From positions 378,572,001 through 378,636,000 of the forward strand of contig OZ024741.1 in assembly GCA_964016885.1 (NCBI GenBank): DNA of 64,000 nucleotides, written 5' to 3'. Below, in pieces: positions 28,895 through 42,150 of the stretch; the first letter of the stretch is position 1; each line of letters opens with the position of its first letter. The notes below the pieces were generated by a model, which was not told the origin of the DNA, ran no database searches, and saw nothing but the letters and a program-made list of their open reading frames with translations. Source of the DNA: Eledone cirrhosa. Lineage: Eukaryota. Position numbers and translations under genes: made by a program.

Positions 28895-31800
28895 CATATA
28901 TATGAGCATGTGTATGGTTTTGGTATCTAATTACACGTGCAGTATTTGGACATGGTAACTGTGCTGGTCATAGTGTTGGCTACATTAAAGTACTATTACG
29001 GTATTATTCATAATCTTGTGTTGATTCTTACTCTATGTCTGGAAGAATTCCTGTGCGTTCAGGTATGGAGATTACTTGTCTCCACGAATTGTAAAATGCC
29101 CATAAAACGCCACGAGTCAGAACTGTGGAACTAAATTTGTATCGACAGTTAAGCTATAATTTATTACGCTGTTTAAACAAATATAATTATATTTCTTTTT
29201 TGAATTTTTATATTCAGGATTAATTGAAACATTGTTTCTAAAATTAGAAAATGTGTGTGTCCCTAATGCAGGGAATAATTATAATAACAAGTGATCCCTT
29301 TTGTTGATATGAGTATTGAAGTGTGTATGGTACAATTTTGAATTGGATAACAGGATAAGTGATTTATTATTTCACATATGAAATGTACGTAAAGAATGTG
29401 TCTGAAACGTGAATAAAATCCCGTAACATGATGCGTAGTTACGAAGAATATACCATCAGATTCTAAAGATACAACTATGTGGAATTCATTTTATTAGAAT
29501 GCTACCTGATAATTATATATCAAATATCACAGGAAAAATAGAAAACAATGTTCACATTGGAAACGTTGGTATATTAAGTACTATAATAGTTTTGAACAAA
29601 TACGTAATCAAAAAAGCTACCCCGGCGGATATGATAGCAACAAGAAATAGCCGTAAGCACTAACCACATTAATGTTTAAGGATATTTATATTTGTGTAAT
29701 CACCCCCACTGCTGCTAATTTCGTAATTGTTCTATAGATGACACGATAACGTAAATGCAACGCTAAATTTTCCTAATTAATTATCAGTTGTGGTTATAAT
29801 TAATCTATCGCTAATTTCAATATTCCTGACTGAAGCTGAAAGAAACGGTTTTCAATTATAATTGTTAATTTTACAGTATCAATTATTTTAATACCTCGAA
29901 TATGCTGGGAATTTATGTCCAAAAACCCTCCATGGAGATAATCTTATGAAGGATAATTAGGAAAATAATTTTGGCGAAACAAATTAATGTGGTAGTCGAT
30001 TTCTCCATATATTTCCGTATTATTTCAACATGACATAACAGGCATTTACCTCAACAAAATTATGTGCTTGATATCAAAACAGGTTCTCTGTGTCATTGAT
30101 TTAAATTCAGTAAAAGTATATAGGAACAATGAAACTACCAGCGGGAGACACAATATTAGAGACTTAGCATAGATGTCAAATAACGCCCATATTCAGACTA
30201 ACATTTCACATACTGGACAAAAATCTGTCAACATGGGCTCAAGTGAAATAAATGTGATGTATGTGTCATCTTTCGGTCGATAGATCATAATTTCAGTGCT
30301 AATTAAATGATATGTTAAACTAATCGTACAGTATTTCACCTTTCTATTAATGAAATTTGTTTGTACCCTGAATAATATTAGCCAGACCCCACCACTATTA
30401 TATCTGCTCAACATTTCTAATTCACTCGCGAATAATTTATAACCGTCAAACACATTTATCATACAACTGTGCAATACGTTCCATGTTTTGCTAAAGATTC
30501 CTATTATTCAGTAAGTATAAATCTCTACGTTTGGCTTTACAAACTTGGTACAGGTATACTCGTGACGAAATATAAAGCACCAATTCATATCGAAATAACT
30601 GATATCATCTGCACAACACTGTCGTTGGTATTATCTTCAAACTTTCGGCTATAGAAATGTAGCAGGTGTGTTGAGATTAAATCGATAGGCTATACATATT
30701 TTCACAGATATTACAGTGGTCTAGGAATATACAATTACATGAAACACGCGGTAGAGCATCAGGTATCGAACCATCATTTAATGGACAGATACTGTATTAA
30801 CGTGTTTGGCTGGGCTCAAAATATAACAGCAAGCTATGAAAACGCATAGGCAGAAGATTTAAAACGATGTAATTTGTCAGCATTTTCCCCGGTTTCGAAC
30901 ACAATAATGATTGCAAGGTTCACTAATTTGGTTAATCAAATAAATTTTTCTTCTTGATTTGCTTTTATACACTTTTTTTTATTTAAACCTTAGTTTCATT
31001 AACATTTATAAATATCCAAATTTTGAAAACAACTTCTCTAATTTTCTAATTTTCCATTTTATCATATCCAATTAAAATGTTAATAATAGCAATTCAAATT
31101 TTATAAGTGTATGATATTATAATAATATCATATACTATAATAATATAATTCTTGTAACACCAATATAATTACTGCAACACCCAGCAGCCCTATCTCAATG
31201 TTTCGTTTTAAAGAACCCCATTTTTCTTTATAACAAGAAAGCTCACTATCCATATTCATGTGGGAAATAAGTAAAGTTATTACGGTTGTAAAGTACTGAA
31301 CCACACTTTATATCATTAACATCACGCATGTGAAGTACAGAGTCGAGTTAAATTAATTTTCAACAATTCTTACAAGCAGGGTGTTGATTACAGAGCCATT
31401 CAAGTAAACATCTTCTAAAATTACCCGAATGTAACAGATTATGGACAGGGAAACACTAGTAAATATTATTACCATATTATAATGCTAAAATAATAAACCA
31501 AGCCAAATGGGCAATACATTATCGAGAAAATAAAACGTAATAAATCATTGATTTCTTTAACTACAGCTTCTTAATCTGTTACTATTCTGCACCCATATGC
31601 ACAAAACAATGTTAATCTGATTTTATAGAGAAAATCTAATCTCACTAAATATGGGAACATATGCATTTCACCAACGTATGGAATCTTAATTTAGTACCTC
31701 CACCGCTGTAAATAATTTGTCATCGCTCCCCAAGATTTATTTACAATGTTGTCCATACCTATTAAAGTCTCTCGGGTGGGTAACGGGCTAAATATATAAC

Positions 31801-31999
31801 AGTAAACCGAAGCAATGCAGGCGGGCTATTCTATTAGCAGTTTAATGTCTAGTGCGTGTTGCTCATAACCGAACTACTGCTAAACGGTTTGAAATGGTTG
31901 ATTGTTTTACTGGCCTGTCAGAAATGGTTGGGCTACCGCTTTTTTGAATATTTAACCTTCAAAGTTTGAAAGAGAATTTAATATTTGATCTGCAAGATA

Positions 32000-34876
32000 G
32001 GTTACATACAAACAATAGCTAAATCAGAAGCTTACAGTATGAATTAGATTCTGCACCACCCATTGAATACAAGATAAATTTTGATGTAGACAAAAAGCCA
32101 ATTCCCAAGCACAGAGGCCACTACAATGCTCCAGCCGCAAAAGAAGTTACAGTAATTATTCCAGGCGACGAGTATAGGAAGAGATATATTATTATTGAAG
32201 GGAGATGAAACACGATGCAGCGGATAAATGCAATCCACCGATTATTTGATGAACTCTGGTATCCATTAATCTGTGTATTTGGCCTTCATGGATATCACTT
32301 TGGTATAAGAAGACTAAAAATAGATTTTAAAGCAAGAGCTCCTAAACTGAACAAAAAAAAACCCAGTAATATGCATGAAATTCTATGCTTACGTTTTCAA
32401 TGCTTCAATATTCTTCATCTTTCACGTGAGTTCTTCCAGCAATTTGCAATTGATATGTATACAGAAATTGAAGGAGAAAGCCTTCTTTACATTAGAACAG
32501 ATTCGAAAGATCTCCGTGCATCATACTACATTCACCTGACAGATGCATTGAATAATGAAGGATCAATGGGTGTTGATACCTTTGGACATACTTGCGTTAT
32601 TTTCCAATCAAAATTTACTGGAAGTCAACGTTATATGCATGAGCATACCCAAGATGCACTTACACGAGTCAGATACTATGGTCACCCATACCTATTCATC
32701 ACATTCACATGTAACCCAACATGGCATGAAATAAAAGGTGAAATTTATCATCATCAAGAACCCCCAAATCGCCATGATATTATTACTATGGTGTTCAGAC
32801 TAAATGTCATAATGCTAATGAATCTCCTAAGAAAAGCTAAAATCTTTGGACCAGTCAAATGTGACATGTACACAATTGAATGGCAACTCGAGGATTGGCA
32901 CATGCCCACAATTTTATTTGGATACATGAAAATCTTTGACCAATTGAAATTGACTTCTTTATCTCAGTTGAACTGTCTGATCCAGAGCAAGTTCATTTCC
33001 TGCATGAAATGTTCAAGTACCAGATAATTCATGGGCCCTGTGGTTCAATTAATCTATCCTCCCCATGCATGAGGGATAATATGTGTACCATGAACTATCC
33101 AGGTCCTTCTGTACAAGAAACCCAAACTGGAGAATGTGGCTTCCGCCTTTACAGGAGTAGAACATCTGGGCATGATAGATTCACATTGAAGAAAAAGTTG
33201 AGAAATGGGCAAGAATTCATCATTGACAATCGGTTGGTTGTGCCTTACTGTTCTCTTCTTACAAAAACTTTCAAAGTTGAATTCTGAAACTCTGTTAAGT
33301 CTATTAAGTATGTTTTCAAATATATAAAGACAGGTTTAGATGCTGCAATGTTGACTCTAATACAGAATGGCAGTCAGCAGATATAGAAAAATGACAAAGT
33401 TGCACAGTATGAGATTGGAAGATATATAAGTAGCAATCAGGCTTTTTGGCGCATCTTCAATTTTCCCATTCATAAGAGGCACCCAGCCATCATTTATCTG
33501 TGTGATTATCTACAATCTAGATTCTGAAGAATAGCCAAAGGGTTATCTTTACAAAGAAAACAGCCTTGCAACAAGCACTTTCTTTAAAAGAAACTAACCT
33601 TATTGTCTTTTTTAACTTGTGTCAAGTAAATAAAGATGCAAGAAAACTCCTTTACCTAGAATTACCGAAGTATTACACCTGGAGAAACCATACATGGCAC
33701 AAGAGTAAACGTGAGGTTGGCGCTCTTGCAAGAGTTTACAGTGTCCATCCAAGCCAAGCACAATGCTGCTACTTACGTCTCCTTTTGCATGAAGTACCTG
33801 GTCCAAATCATTCCATGAGACACTACCAGTCATTCCGAGTGGAACAAGAGCTGATGAAATAAAAACATGCATTAAGTCTTCTCACATATGGAATAAAGTA
33901 AAGAATTATTCGTTCCATTCTAACATGAGAGCTTATTTATATAGGGACCAATGAACAGAACAGTTTTCAACCCGACTCCTCCAATTAGGAAATGGGACAG
34001 TACCAATTGTTGGGTATGGTTTTATCAACTTGGCTCATATTGCTATCATGGTGGATTCACCAGCTGAATTGAAAAACAGGGTATTTCCAAAGTTAAGTAA
34101 TAATTATAATGTACCAAAATGGTTGTGAGAATAGGCAATTCCTGCTAAAAAAAAGTGAGACAGTAGTAAGGATTAATTGAATATGATTCTAACAGTCATT
34201 GAGGAGTACATATTAGTTGATTCAGTCCTTGATGAACATCAGTGTTCCTTACTTCTCTTGAGCCACCTGCAGCTCCTCCACATAACGATTTTCAGAAGGT
34301 AGGAGTCCCAATAATGCTTCTAAGAAATATAGAACCTAAATTCTGCAATGGGGCAAATTTGATTGTGAAAGCATTATCGCTTAATTTGTTAGAAGCTAAC
34401 ATCATCCCTGGATTTGCCTCTGTGAAAGATTCTTTCATTCCAAGAATTCCAATCAAACAAACATATATGACATATGAGTTCAAACAAATGTGATTCCCTG
34501 CGAGACTTTGCTTCAAAATGTCTATCAATAAAGCTCAAGGCCAGACTCTGAAATATACAAGATTGCACTTAATTAGGCCTTGCATTTCTCGTAGTCCATA
34601 TTTTGTTCGTTACTCCAGGTTTGATAGTTTAAAAGCCTTATTTTTTTATTTTCCAAACCAGAAAAAAAGAATGTTATTTACACATAAGCTCTTACAGAAT
34701 TCCCTTCAGCATTTGTGATAGAGTTTATCTCCTTTCACAAAAGTGTTTATTTTTTTTTTTTTCAATGCAATTGGAGGATAAATGGGATTTAGAATAGCAC
34801 ATTCCAATATTGTGCTTATTTCTTCCAATATATTATGAACATTTCCATTCCGAGCAAAGCCAGGTGTCACTGCTAG
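32000..34876 (+). mobile_element. Degenerate, internally deleted Helitron (Rep/helicase pseudogene)
   Basis: Rep motifs YGHPYLFITFTCNPTW, IEWQ, HGPCG and IDNRLVVPY. Pif1-type motifs [14 protein letters not shown] and SINKAQGQTL. The 3' end reads ccgagcaaagccaggtgtcactgCTAG|t at 34876. Confidence 0.92.
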
Positions 34877-35134
34877 TATATATATATATATATACGTACG
34901 TCTTTGTTTAACTCAAGAAGATGTTTACATAGTTAGGCAGCGAGTTCACGGTAATTCCAATGTAGGTTATACTTGGTGTAATAATAGTGAAACAATGTAG
35001 AGTAACATGGTTGGCTTTACAACAAGGGGCTTTAAATCAGGTATTGACAATTGTTTCATTGATCAAGTGAGTCTAGAGGTCGCTAATCGCTCGGAGTTGC
35101 GTCACTCTATCTCCATTACATTATTTACCTGTGA

Positions 35135-35325
35135 CCGTAGATTGGCAGTATCGGTAGAGGGTCGGACGCCATGCTTTGACGCATTGAGTTACGGCCCTTG
35201 ACATTCTCAGTTCAAATCACGCCGAGGTTAACTTTGCCTTTCATCCTTACGGGGTCGATAAAATAAAGTACCAGTAATACAATGGATATTTGCTGGCCTT
35301 GTGCCAAAAGTAGAAACAATTATTT
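35135..35325 (+). mobile_element. tRNA-derived SINE
   Basis: A-box-like tggcagtatcggtag and B-box gttcaaatc, plus the shared core. Confidence 0.85.
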
Positions 35326-36719
35326 ACCTCTGACCAACTCATCAGAATACAATAACAATCGCTCGAGGCAAGAGATATATAGAGAAAAAAAGTATAATCA
35401 AAACAATAACATCAATAATAAAGTATATATGATAAATAGGTAGAGAAGTTACAGATGTAAAAAGTAAAAAGTAAAATATAAGAAAAATACAGTAAAAAAG
35501 TAAGAAAATGGAAAAAATATAAATAAATAAATACGGATATGTGAAAGCATGTAAGTACAGATTATACTAGTGGTGGTGGTGGGTAAGTGTTCATATAAGG
35601 ATTCTGTGGTGGCTATAGTGCTAACATGAAAGTCATATTATAAAAATAATTATATACGTGAAGAGAGTCTGATGTAGTGGCAGATAAAAGAAAAAGCACA
35701 TTTATAGAGAGAGAGGGAGAGAGAATAAGGAAAAGCGAAGTAGTTTAAGATGTTCAAGTTCTTTAATAATAATGCTGCGATATACATTTCAATGGCGACA
35801 GTGGCCACACTATTGCGTGCGCCAGTGCCGCGACAGCTTGTTAAATAATAAGGTTATGATTCCGAGGCAATCCAAATTGAATCGACATGGGAACGGACGA
35901 AGCTAGTGGGGGTAGGAGAGTATGAGTATCAAAAGGTCTCCATACTACCCCACATTAAGCATGGACAGTATAATTGACCATCAACCTCTAAGAGAAAATA
36001 TACTTAATTCTAGGTATTATGTTTCACCGTGGAAATTATGAATGGGAGTTGGAAAATTAAAAATCGAAAATCAGAAATCAAAAATTTAAATTTAAAAATA
36101 AAAAAAAAATTTACAAGCGAGAATATAGATTGAAGTGAGTAAAAATATAGGTTGAAATGAGTAAACAAATATGTGCACCTATACTATCTAATACGTAGAG
36201 AGATTTTTAAGTAAGAAGTTTTGAAGGGGGTATTAATGTTACAGATATATTATCTACATACTGAACGATAGTACCGTACAGTAAAAGGGAGGGTAAATTA
36301 CAGTATGAAAGGTAGTAGTTGGGCGAGAAACCATAATATATAGAATTAAGTATATTTTTTCTTAGAGTTTGATGGTCAATTATACTATCCATGCTTAATG
36401 TGGGGTAGTATAGAGACTTATTCATACGCATACTCTCCCACACCTACTAGCTTTCGGCTGACTGCCACTAGCAGGGTGGCTAGCAGTAAGCTATATATTA
36501 CAGGCTTGAATATGTCATTGTTTAGTTGAGAGTGGGAACTGCCTAGGCGAATTTCGTTGAACTCTGCGGTAGCTAATGGTCAACTTCCTTCGGACCTGCG
36601 CCTGTGCAGACCGGTGGGGGTGCACTGGTACTAACAAGGGAACCGATGAAGAACCTAAGGGCACTTGGTTCACATGTCGATTCAAATTGGATTGAAATAT
36701 ATATCACAGCATTATTATT

Positions 36720-36885
36720 AAAGGTCGGCCATGCTTTCCATCGTGGTTACGTCCCTTTACGATCTGAGTTCAAATCCCGCCGAGGTTAACTTTGCCTTTC
36801 ATCCCTACAGGGTCGATAAAATAAAAGTACCAGTAATGTACTGGCTAATTGCTGGCCTTGTTCCAAAAGTAGAAACAATTATTAT
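36720..36885 (+). mobile_element. tRNA-derived SINE (5' partial)
   Basis: gagttcaaatcccgccgaggttaactttgcctttcatcc. Confidence 0.8.
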
Positions 36886-36989
36886 TAAAGGACTTGAACA
36901 TCTGAAACTAGTTCGCTTTCCCTTATTCGATATTTACTCCGGCACTCTTATGTGGTATACGTATGTTGTGTGCTTGAATTGAATTGCAT

Positions 36990-37069
<80 letters not shown>

Positions 37070-37588
37070 CAGGAAAGAAGGTTTACATGGTTTGCTATAC
37101 AAAAAAGTTTTTATTCACATAGCTTACATTTGTTTCACTGAACTGGTCTGTCTAGAGATCGCTATCCGCTTAATTTTGCGTCATTCGATCGCCAATACAG
37201 AATTATAACCAGTCAGATCTTCGGAGCATGCGAGAATGAAGAAAATACACAGGGCAAGAAAAGAAAAGAAAATATGGAGTAGTTATGGCATTCAATTAGA
37301 ACAATAACAACAACAATTATTACAACAATGCTATCAATAAACTATTTAAGGAGACCCTGACATTACTTAGGTGGGGGGTATATAATGTATCTAATGTTAC
37401 GGCGTGAAAATCAGCTGTCATAAGGCAAAGAGTATCGTAGTGTGTATCAATTTTAAATTATAAAGATAAGCTAGTTTTTACAGTCTTTCTCTTCATCTTC
37501 AACAGTATACATGAGTGGGACCACTGTCAACGCTCAACAGTTGTAGAGTTAATACAGAGGTTAACGAATTAATATACGCATATATCTA

Positions 37589-37698
<110 letters not shown>

Positions 37699-37743
37699 AA
37701 CACACACACACACACACACCAACACACACACACACACACACCA

Positions 37744-37776
<33 letters not shown>

Positions 37777-37978
37777 CATATAAATATATATACACATATA
37801 TGTGTACATAGACACATACATACACATCAATATACACTCGTACAAAAATATACATACATGCAAAGAGAAAAGCGTGCTAGTTGTAGTTATGGCAAAAAGA
37901 AGATAAAGTAACATTGTAGTAGTGAAATGAGAGAAACTAGGATCTAGGATCAAATGATTGCAGCAGCTGAGAAGGAGT

Positions 37979-39073
37979 AAGATTAAATCCATAGCACGTA
38001 GTATATCCCTCCGAATATCCCGCCTATCCTCAAACCTAGAAATCTTTAACGAGCATGCTGACTATTATAATGCAGCATTAAGTAGGGCCGGTCATAAAGA
38101 TAAACTACAGTATATAGTGAATAAGGACAACATAAACAATCCTAGTAATTTCTACTCCAACCGCTCACATAATAGTAGGAATAGCTTGACTAGACATAGT
38201 GTTAGACATGTAACACCTAGAGTAAACGGCCAAAACACTAATAACGTAAACCCTAGAAACAATAGAAGAAATAGACAAAGAAAATACCTATGGTTCAACC
38301 CAATATTCAACTCCACTATAAAAACTAGACTGCCCTCTACATTCTTTAGACTAATAGATAAACACTTCCCTATCTCGCATAGATATCACAAAATACTCAA
38401 TAGATCTACTATAAAACTCTCTTTCTCAACAGCAGCTAACATAGAATCACACATACGTAAGATCAACCACAGAAATATCTCAAGTAAATCAATTGCACCT
38501 ATACATAAGCACAAACTCATCACAACATCACAACCACAAGCGCATACAAACGCGCAGCAGCAAAACCCCATGGGGCATATATCACAACCCACTTATAACA
38601 GGGTACTAAATAGGAATGTAAAAGCTGCACAAAATAGCGCCTTAAACTGCAACTGTCACCTCCCAGATAGGTGCCCATTGGCGAACAGATGTCTCGATTC
38701 GAGCCTGGTGTACATGTGCACTGTCATCTCGGGTAACTCCACCTGGAATTACATAGGATCCACCGCGGGTTCTTTTAAGAAAAGATGGTATGTGCACAGG
38801 CACTCAATGAAAAATCGAGCACTTATGGGTTCCACCACCCTCGCCAGAAAAATATGGGAATTGAAGGACAGCAACGCTAGCAACACTATCAACTGGTTGA
38901 AGTTGTCGGCTGCTAAAACCTATAGTACAGGGATGTCCTATTGTGGGCTGTGTGATCTTGAGCTATTGTATATCCTTAGAAATGTTAAAAGGCTACTGAA
39001 TAATAAGTTAGAAAGATCTATCTTCTGCAGACATAGAATAGCCACTAAATTCATAAGATTCAAACCTCCGTGA
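37979..39073 (+). CDS. Uninterrupted C-terminal part of PLE ORF (thumb, linker, GIY-YIG)
   Basis: SISLRISRLSSN, LWFNP, CNCHLPDRCPL, LVYMC..YIGST..FKKRW..H, CGLCDLE and CRH. There is no native start codon. Confidence 0.85.
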   Translation, partial: KIKSIARSISLRISRLSSNLEIFNEHADYYNAALSRAGHKDKLQYIVNKDNINNPSNFYSNRSHNSRNSLTRHSVRHVTPRVNGQNTNNVNPRNNRRNRQRKYLWFNPIFNSTIKTRLPSTFFRLIDKHFPISHRYHKILNRSTIKLSFSTAANIESHIRKINHRNISSKSIAPIHKHKLITTSQPQAHTNAQQQNPMGHISQPTYNRVLNRNVKAAQNSALNCNCHLPDRCPLANRCLDSSLVYMCTVISGNSTWNYIGSTAGSFKKRWYVHRHSMKNRALMGSTTLARKIWELKDSNASNTINWLKLSAAKTYSTGMSYCGLCDLELLYILRNVKRLLNNKLERSIFCRHRIATKFIRFKPP

Positions 39074-39403
39074 ATCGAACCAACATAACATAGCTTTAAA
39101 TTAGGATACCTACTACCCACAGAAATATATTCATTAAGTATACTATTTCCTTCACAAGTCTATACCACACAATTGTCTGTAAATACCTAATCTACCAACA
39201 ATCTTACTCCTTCTCAGCTGCTGCAATCATTTGATCCTAGATCCTAGTTTCTCTCATTTCACTACTACAATGTTACTTTACCTTCTTTTTGCCATAACTA
39301 CAATTAGCACGCTTTTCTCTTTGCATGTATGTATATTTTTGTACGAGTGTATATTGATGTGTATGTATGTGTCTATGTACACATATATGTGTATATATAT
39401 TTT

Positions 39404-39473
<70 letters not shown>

Positions 39474-39828
39474 TAGATATATGCGTATATTAATTCGTTA
39501 ACCTCTGTATTAACTCTACAACTGTTGAGCTTTGACAGTGGTCCCACTCATGTATACTGTTGAAGATGAAGAGAAAGACTGTAAAAACTAGCTTATCTTT
39601 ATAATTTAAAATTGATACACACTACGATACTCTTTGCCTTATTACAGCTGATTTTCACGCCGTAACATTAGATACATTATATACCCCCCACCTAAGTAAT
39701 GTCAGGGTCTCCTTAAATAGTTTATTGATAGCAGTGTTGTAATAATTGTTGTTGTTATTGTTCTAATTGAATGCCATAACTACTCCATATTTTCTTTTCT
39801 TTTCTTGCCTGTGTATTTTCTTCATTCT

Positions 39829-39945
39829 CGCATGCTCCGAAGATCTGACTGGTTATAATTCTGTATTGGCGATCGAATGACGCAAAATTAAGCGGATAGC
39901 GATCTCTAGACATACCAGTTCAGTGAAACAAATGTAAGCTATGTG
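39829..39945 (+). ncRNA. HHR with U4C core variant and long helix II (mirror copy 37117-37232, minus)
   Basis: cgcatgct CCGAAGA tctgactgg...ccagttcagt GAAAC aaat GTA agctatgtg. Confidence 0.7.
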
Positions 39946-40227
39946 AATAAAAACTTTTTTGTATAGCAAACCATGTAAACCTTCTTTCCTGATTTATGAT
40001 TACTCCAAGTGTTTACAACATAGGAATTACAGCATACCCGCAGCATCACTATGAAAACGCCTTGTTGAGTCAAACCCAGCCAAGCGTTAATATCATCCAC
40101 TACCTGGAATACCATAACTGGACTTCACCTAAGTGGACTGCATTTAACTATTATTTGTTAATCCGTATATATATATATATATTTAAATATGTAATGAATG
40201 AACAGCATGAGAAAATTATTCCATTTA

Positions 40228-40290
40228 CCAAAGCTTTCACGATTACAGGCGAGCTCAACAGAGTCGTCTGAAATCGCTCATCAGAATGAA
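40228..40290 (-). ncRNA. HHR-like motif in an old pLTR remnant
   Basis: The minus strand reads CTGATGA gcgatt...aatcgt GAAAGCTTT. Confidence 0.55.
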
Positions 40291-40567
40291 AGTTTAATAT
40301 GGACGTAAGATATAAAAATAAAAACAAAGACTATTACAATTCAATGCGAGGCTGAAATAAAATAAGATAAAAATAAGAAATATATTAAATAAAATAACGA
40401 GAAAAATATACACACTGGTGTAGAACGTAAGGTTATAGGGAAAACATAAATACATCAATATATATGTACATATATATATATATACCTACACTTAAACATA
40501 TATATATATATATATATACACACACATATATATATATACACAGGTATGTATACACACATACACACAC

Positions 40568-40614
<47 letters not shown>

Positions 40615-40652
40615 ATTAAATAAATGGAAAACTATATTTATAAAACCATATT

Positions 40653-40718
40653 TATTTCATTATATATATTTCGGGGATATCATATTAACAATATGCTATG
40701 CCTTCATCAGACAAAATA
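40653..40718 (-). ncRNA. Type I HHR in 3' pLTR
   Basis: The minus strand reads tattttgt CTGATGA aggcatagcatattgttaatatgatatcccc GAAA tatata TA atgaaata. Confidence 0.8.
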
Positions 40719-41077
40719 CAATATAAACAGTTTTATAGATAAATATATTCGACATACCGTAATAAACATCAACTTCATTTGAAGAGGTTTACGCTAGCAG
40801 TGAAAATACAGAGAGAAAGAAAGAGAGAAAGAAAAGAGGGAAAAAAGAAAGAAAGACAAAACGAAGAAAAGGAAGAAAAAGAAGAAAAAGAAAAAGAAGA
40901 AATGCATGGAACAAAATAGAGAGATGGAAAAATAGATAAAGCGAAGAGCTTCATGTAAAGAGACAGAAAGAGATATATATATATATAGAGAGAGAGAGGA
41001 AATAGAGATAGATAATATATATATATAGAAAATTAGGTAGTGGGAGGTCATTTTGAGTAAGTGTATCAATGATACAT

Positions 41078-41108
<31 letters not shown>

Positions 41109-42150
41109 GTTCAAGTATTAATGTAAGGGAGATATATAGAGAGATATAGAGAGATATAGAGAGAGAACAAATTTAAAAATAGCCAGACATATTCGAGGCG
41201 TAGAAAACCCTATGTTTTAATGTATTAGTATTTATAAAACTTACACTATATTGTAAATATCAGTATTCCTGAATGAAACAAGTATTCACAATGTGTGAAA
41301 ATTCATTATCTTATGTTTAGTTTTAAAAATTCATATGTTTATGTGACAGCTACAAACATCAATGTGAATCCAACTGATTCACTCTGCAAACTCTAGGTTA
41401 CCGGAAAACATTCTCAATGTGGTATAAAAATTTGAGCGTATTATTATTCTTGCGATTACTCTACAAGATTATCTATCAAGCAGAAATAGAGAGCAGAATT
41501 TCAATATACTAATCGAAAATATATATTATATTATAAACATAAAAATAAAAATATAGAATAGAAAACTAAAACTAAAAAAAAAAAAAAAAAAATATTACGA
41601 AAGAATATTACATAATAAAAATATTGCATATTAAAAATACTACGTATTAAAAAAAAAAAAAAAAAAAAATATTAAAAATAAATTAAAAATAAATTAAAAA
41701 TAAAATAAAAAAATATTATAGAATACTACAATACTAAAAGAATAAAAATAAATAAAAATAAAAATAAAAATAAAAATAAAAATAAACCACAAAAAACAAC
41801 CCTTCAAATTTAATTGACAATATACTGCCAAGTTCATTACAAGACAAAGCCAAAAATTATCTATCAAATCACATCTAGCAAAGAACATCGCAAAAAGATT
41901 ATGATGTCCAATTATGTCTACATATGTTCCTATATTTAATATAGAAGTTTATCTAGTGTAAGGTTAATTCAAAAAATTTGGAGCATCGGCTTTTAGGGTA
42001 GCTTAATTTTTCATGAGGAATGTTTAGATAAAAATAAAAATAAATAAAATAAAATAAACAATAAAAAGAGTAAAAAGAGGGAATGAAAGATTTAGGAATC
42101 AAAAAATGTATCGGCTAGTTCTCATATAAATATAAATCAAACTAAGTATA

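Noticed and set aside
36445-36495. Possible minus-strand Helitron 3' end
   Set aside because: A hairpin and CTAG are present, but no matching 5' end or internal homology was seen.
37958-37978. N-terminus of the 371-aa ORF as a real gene start
   Set aside because: It lies in the inverted pLTR (TTG start), so it is a chance read-through across the inversion junction.
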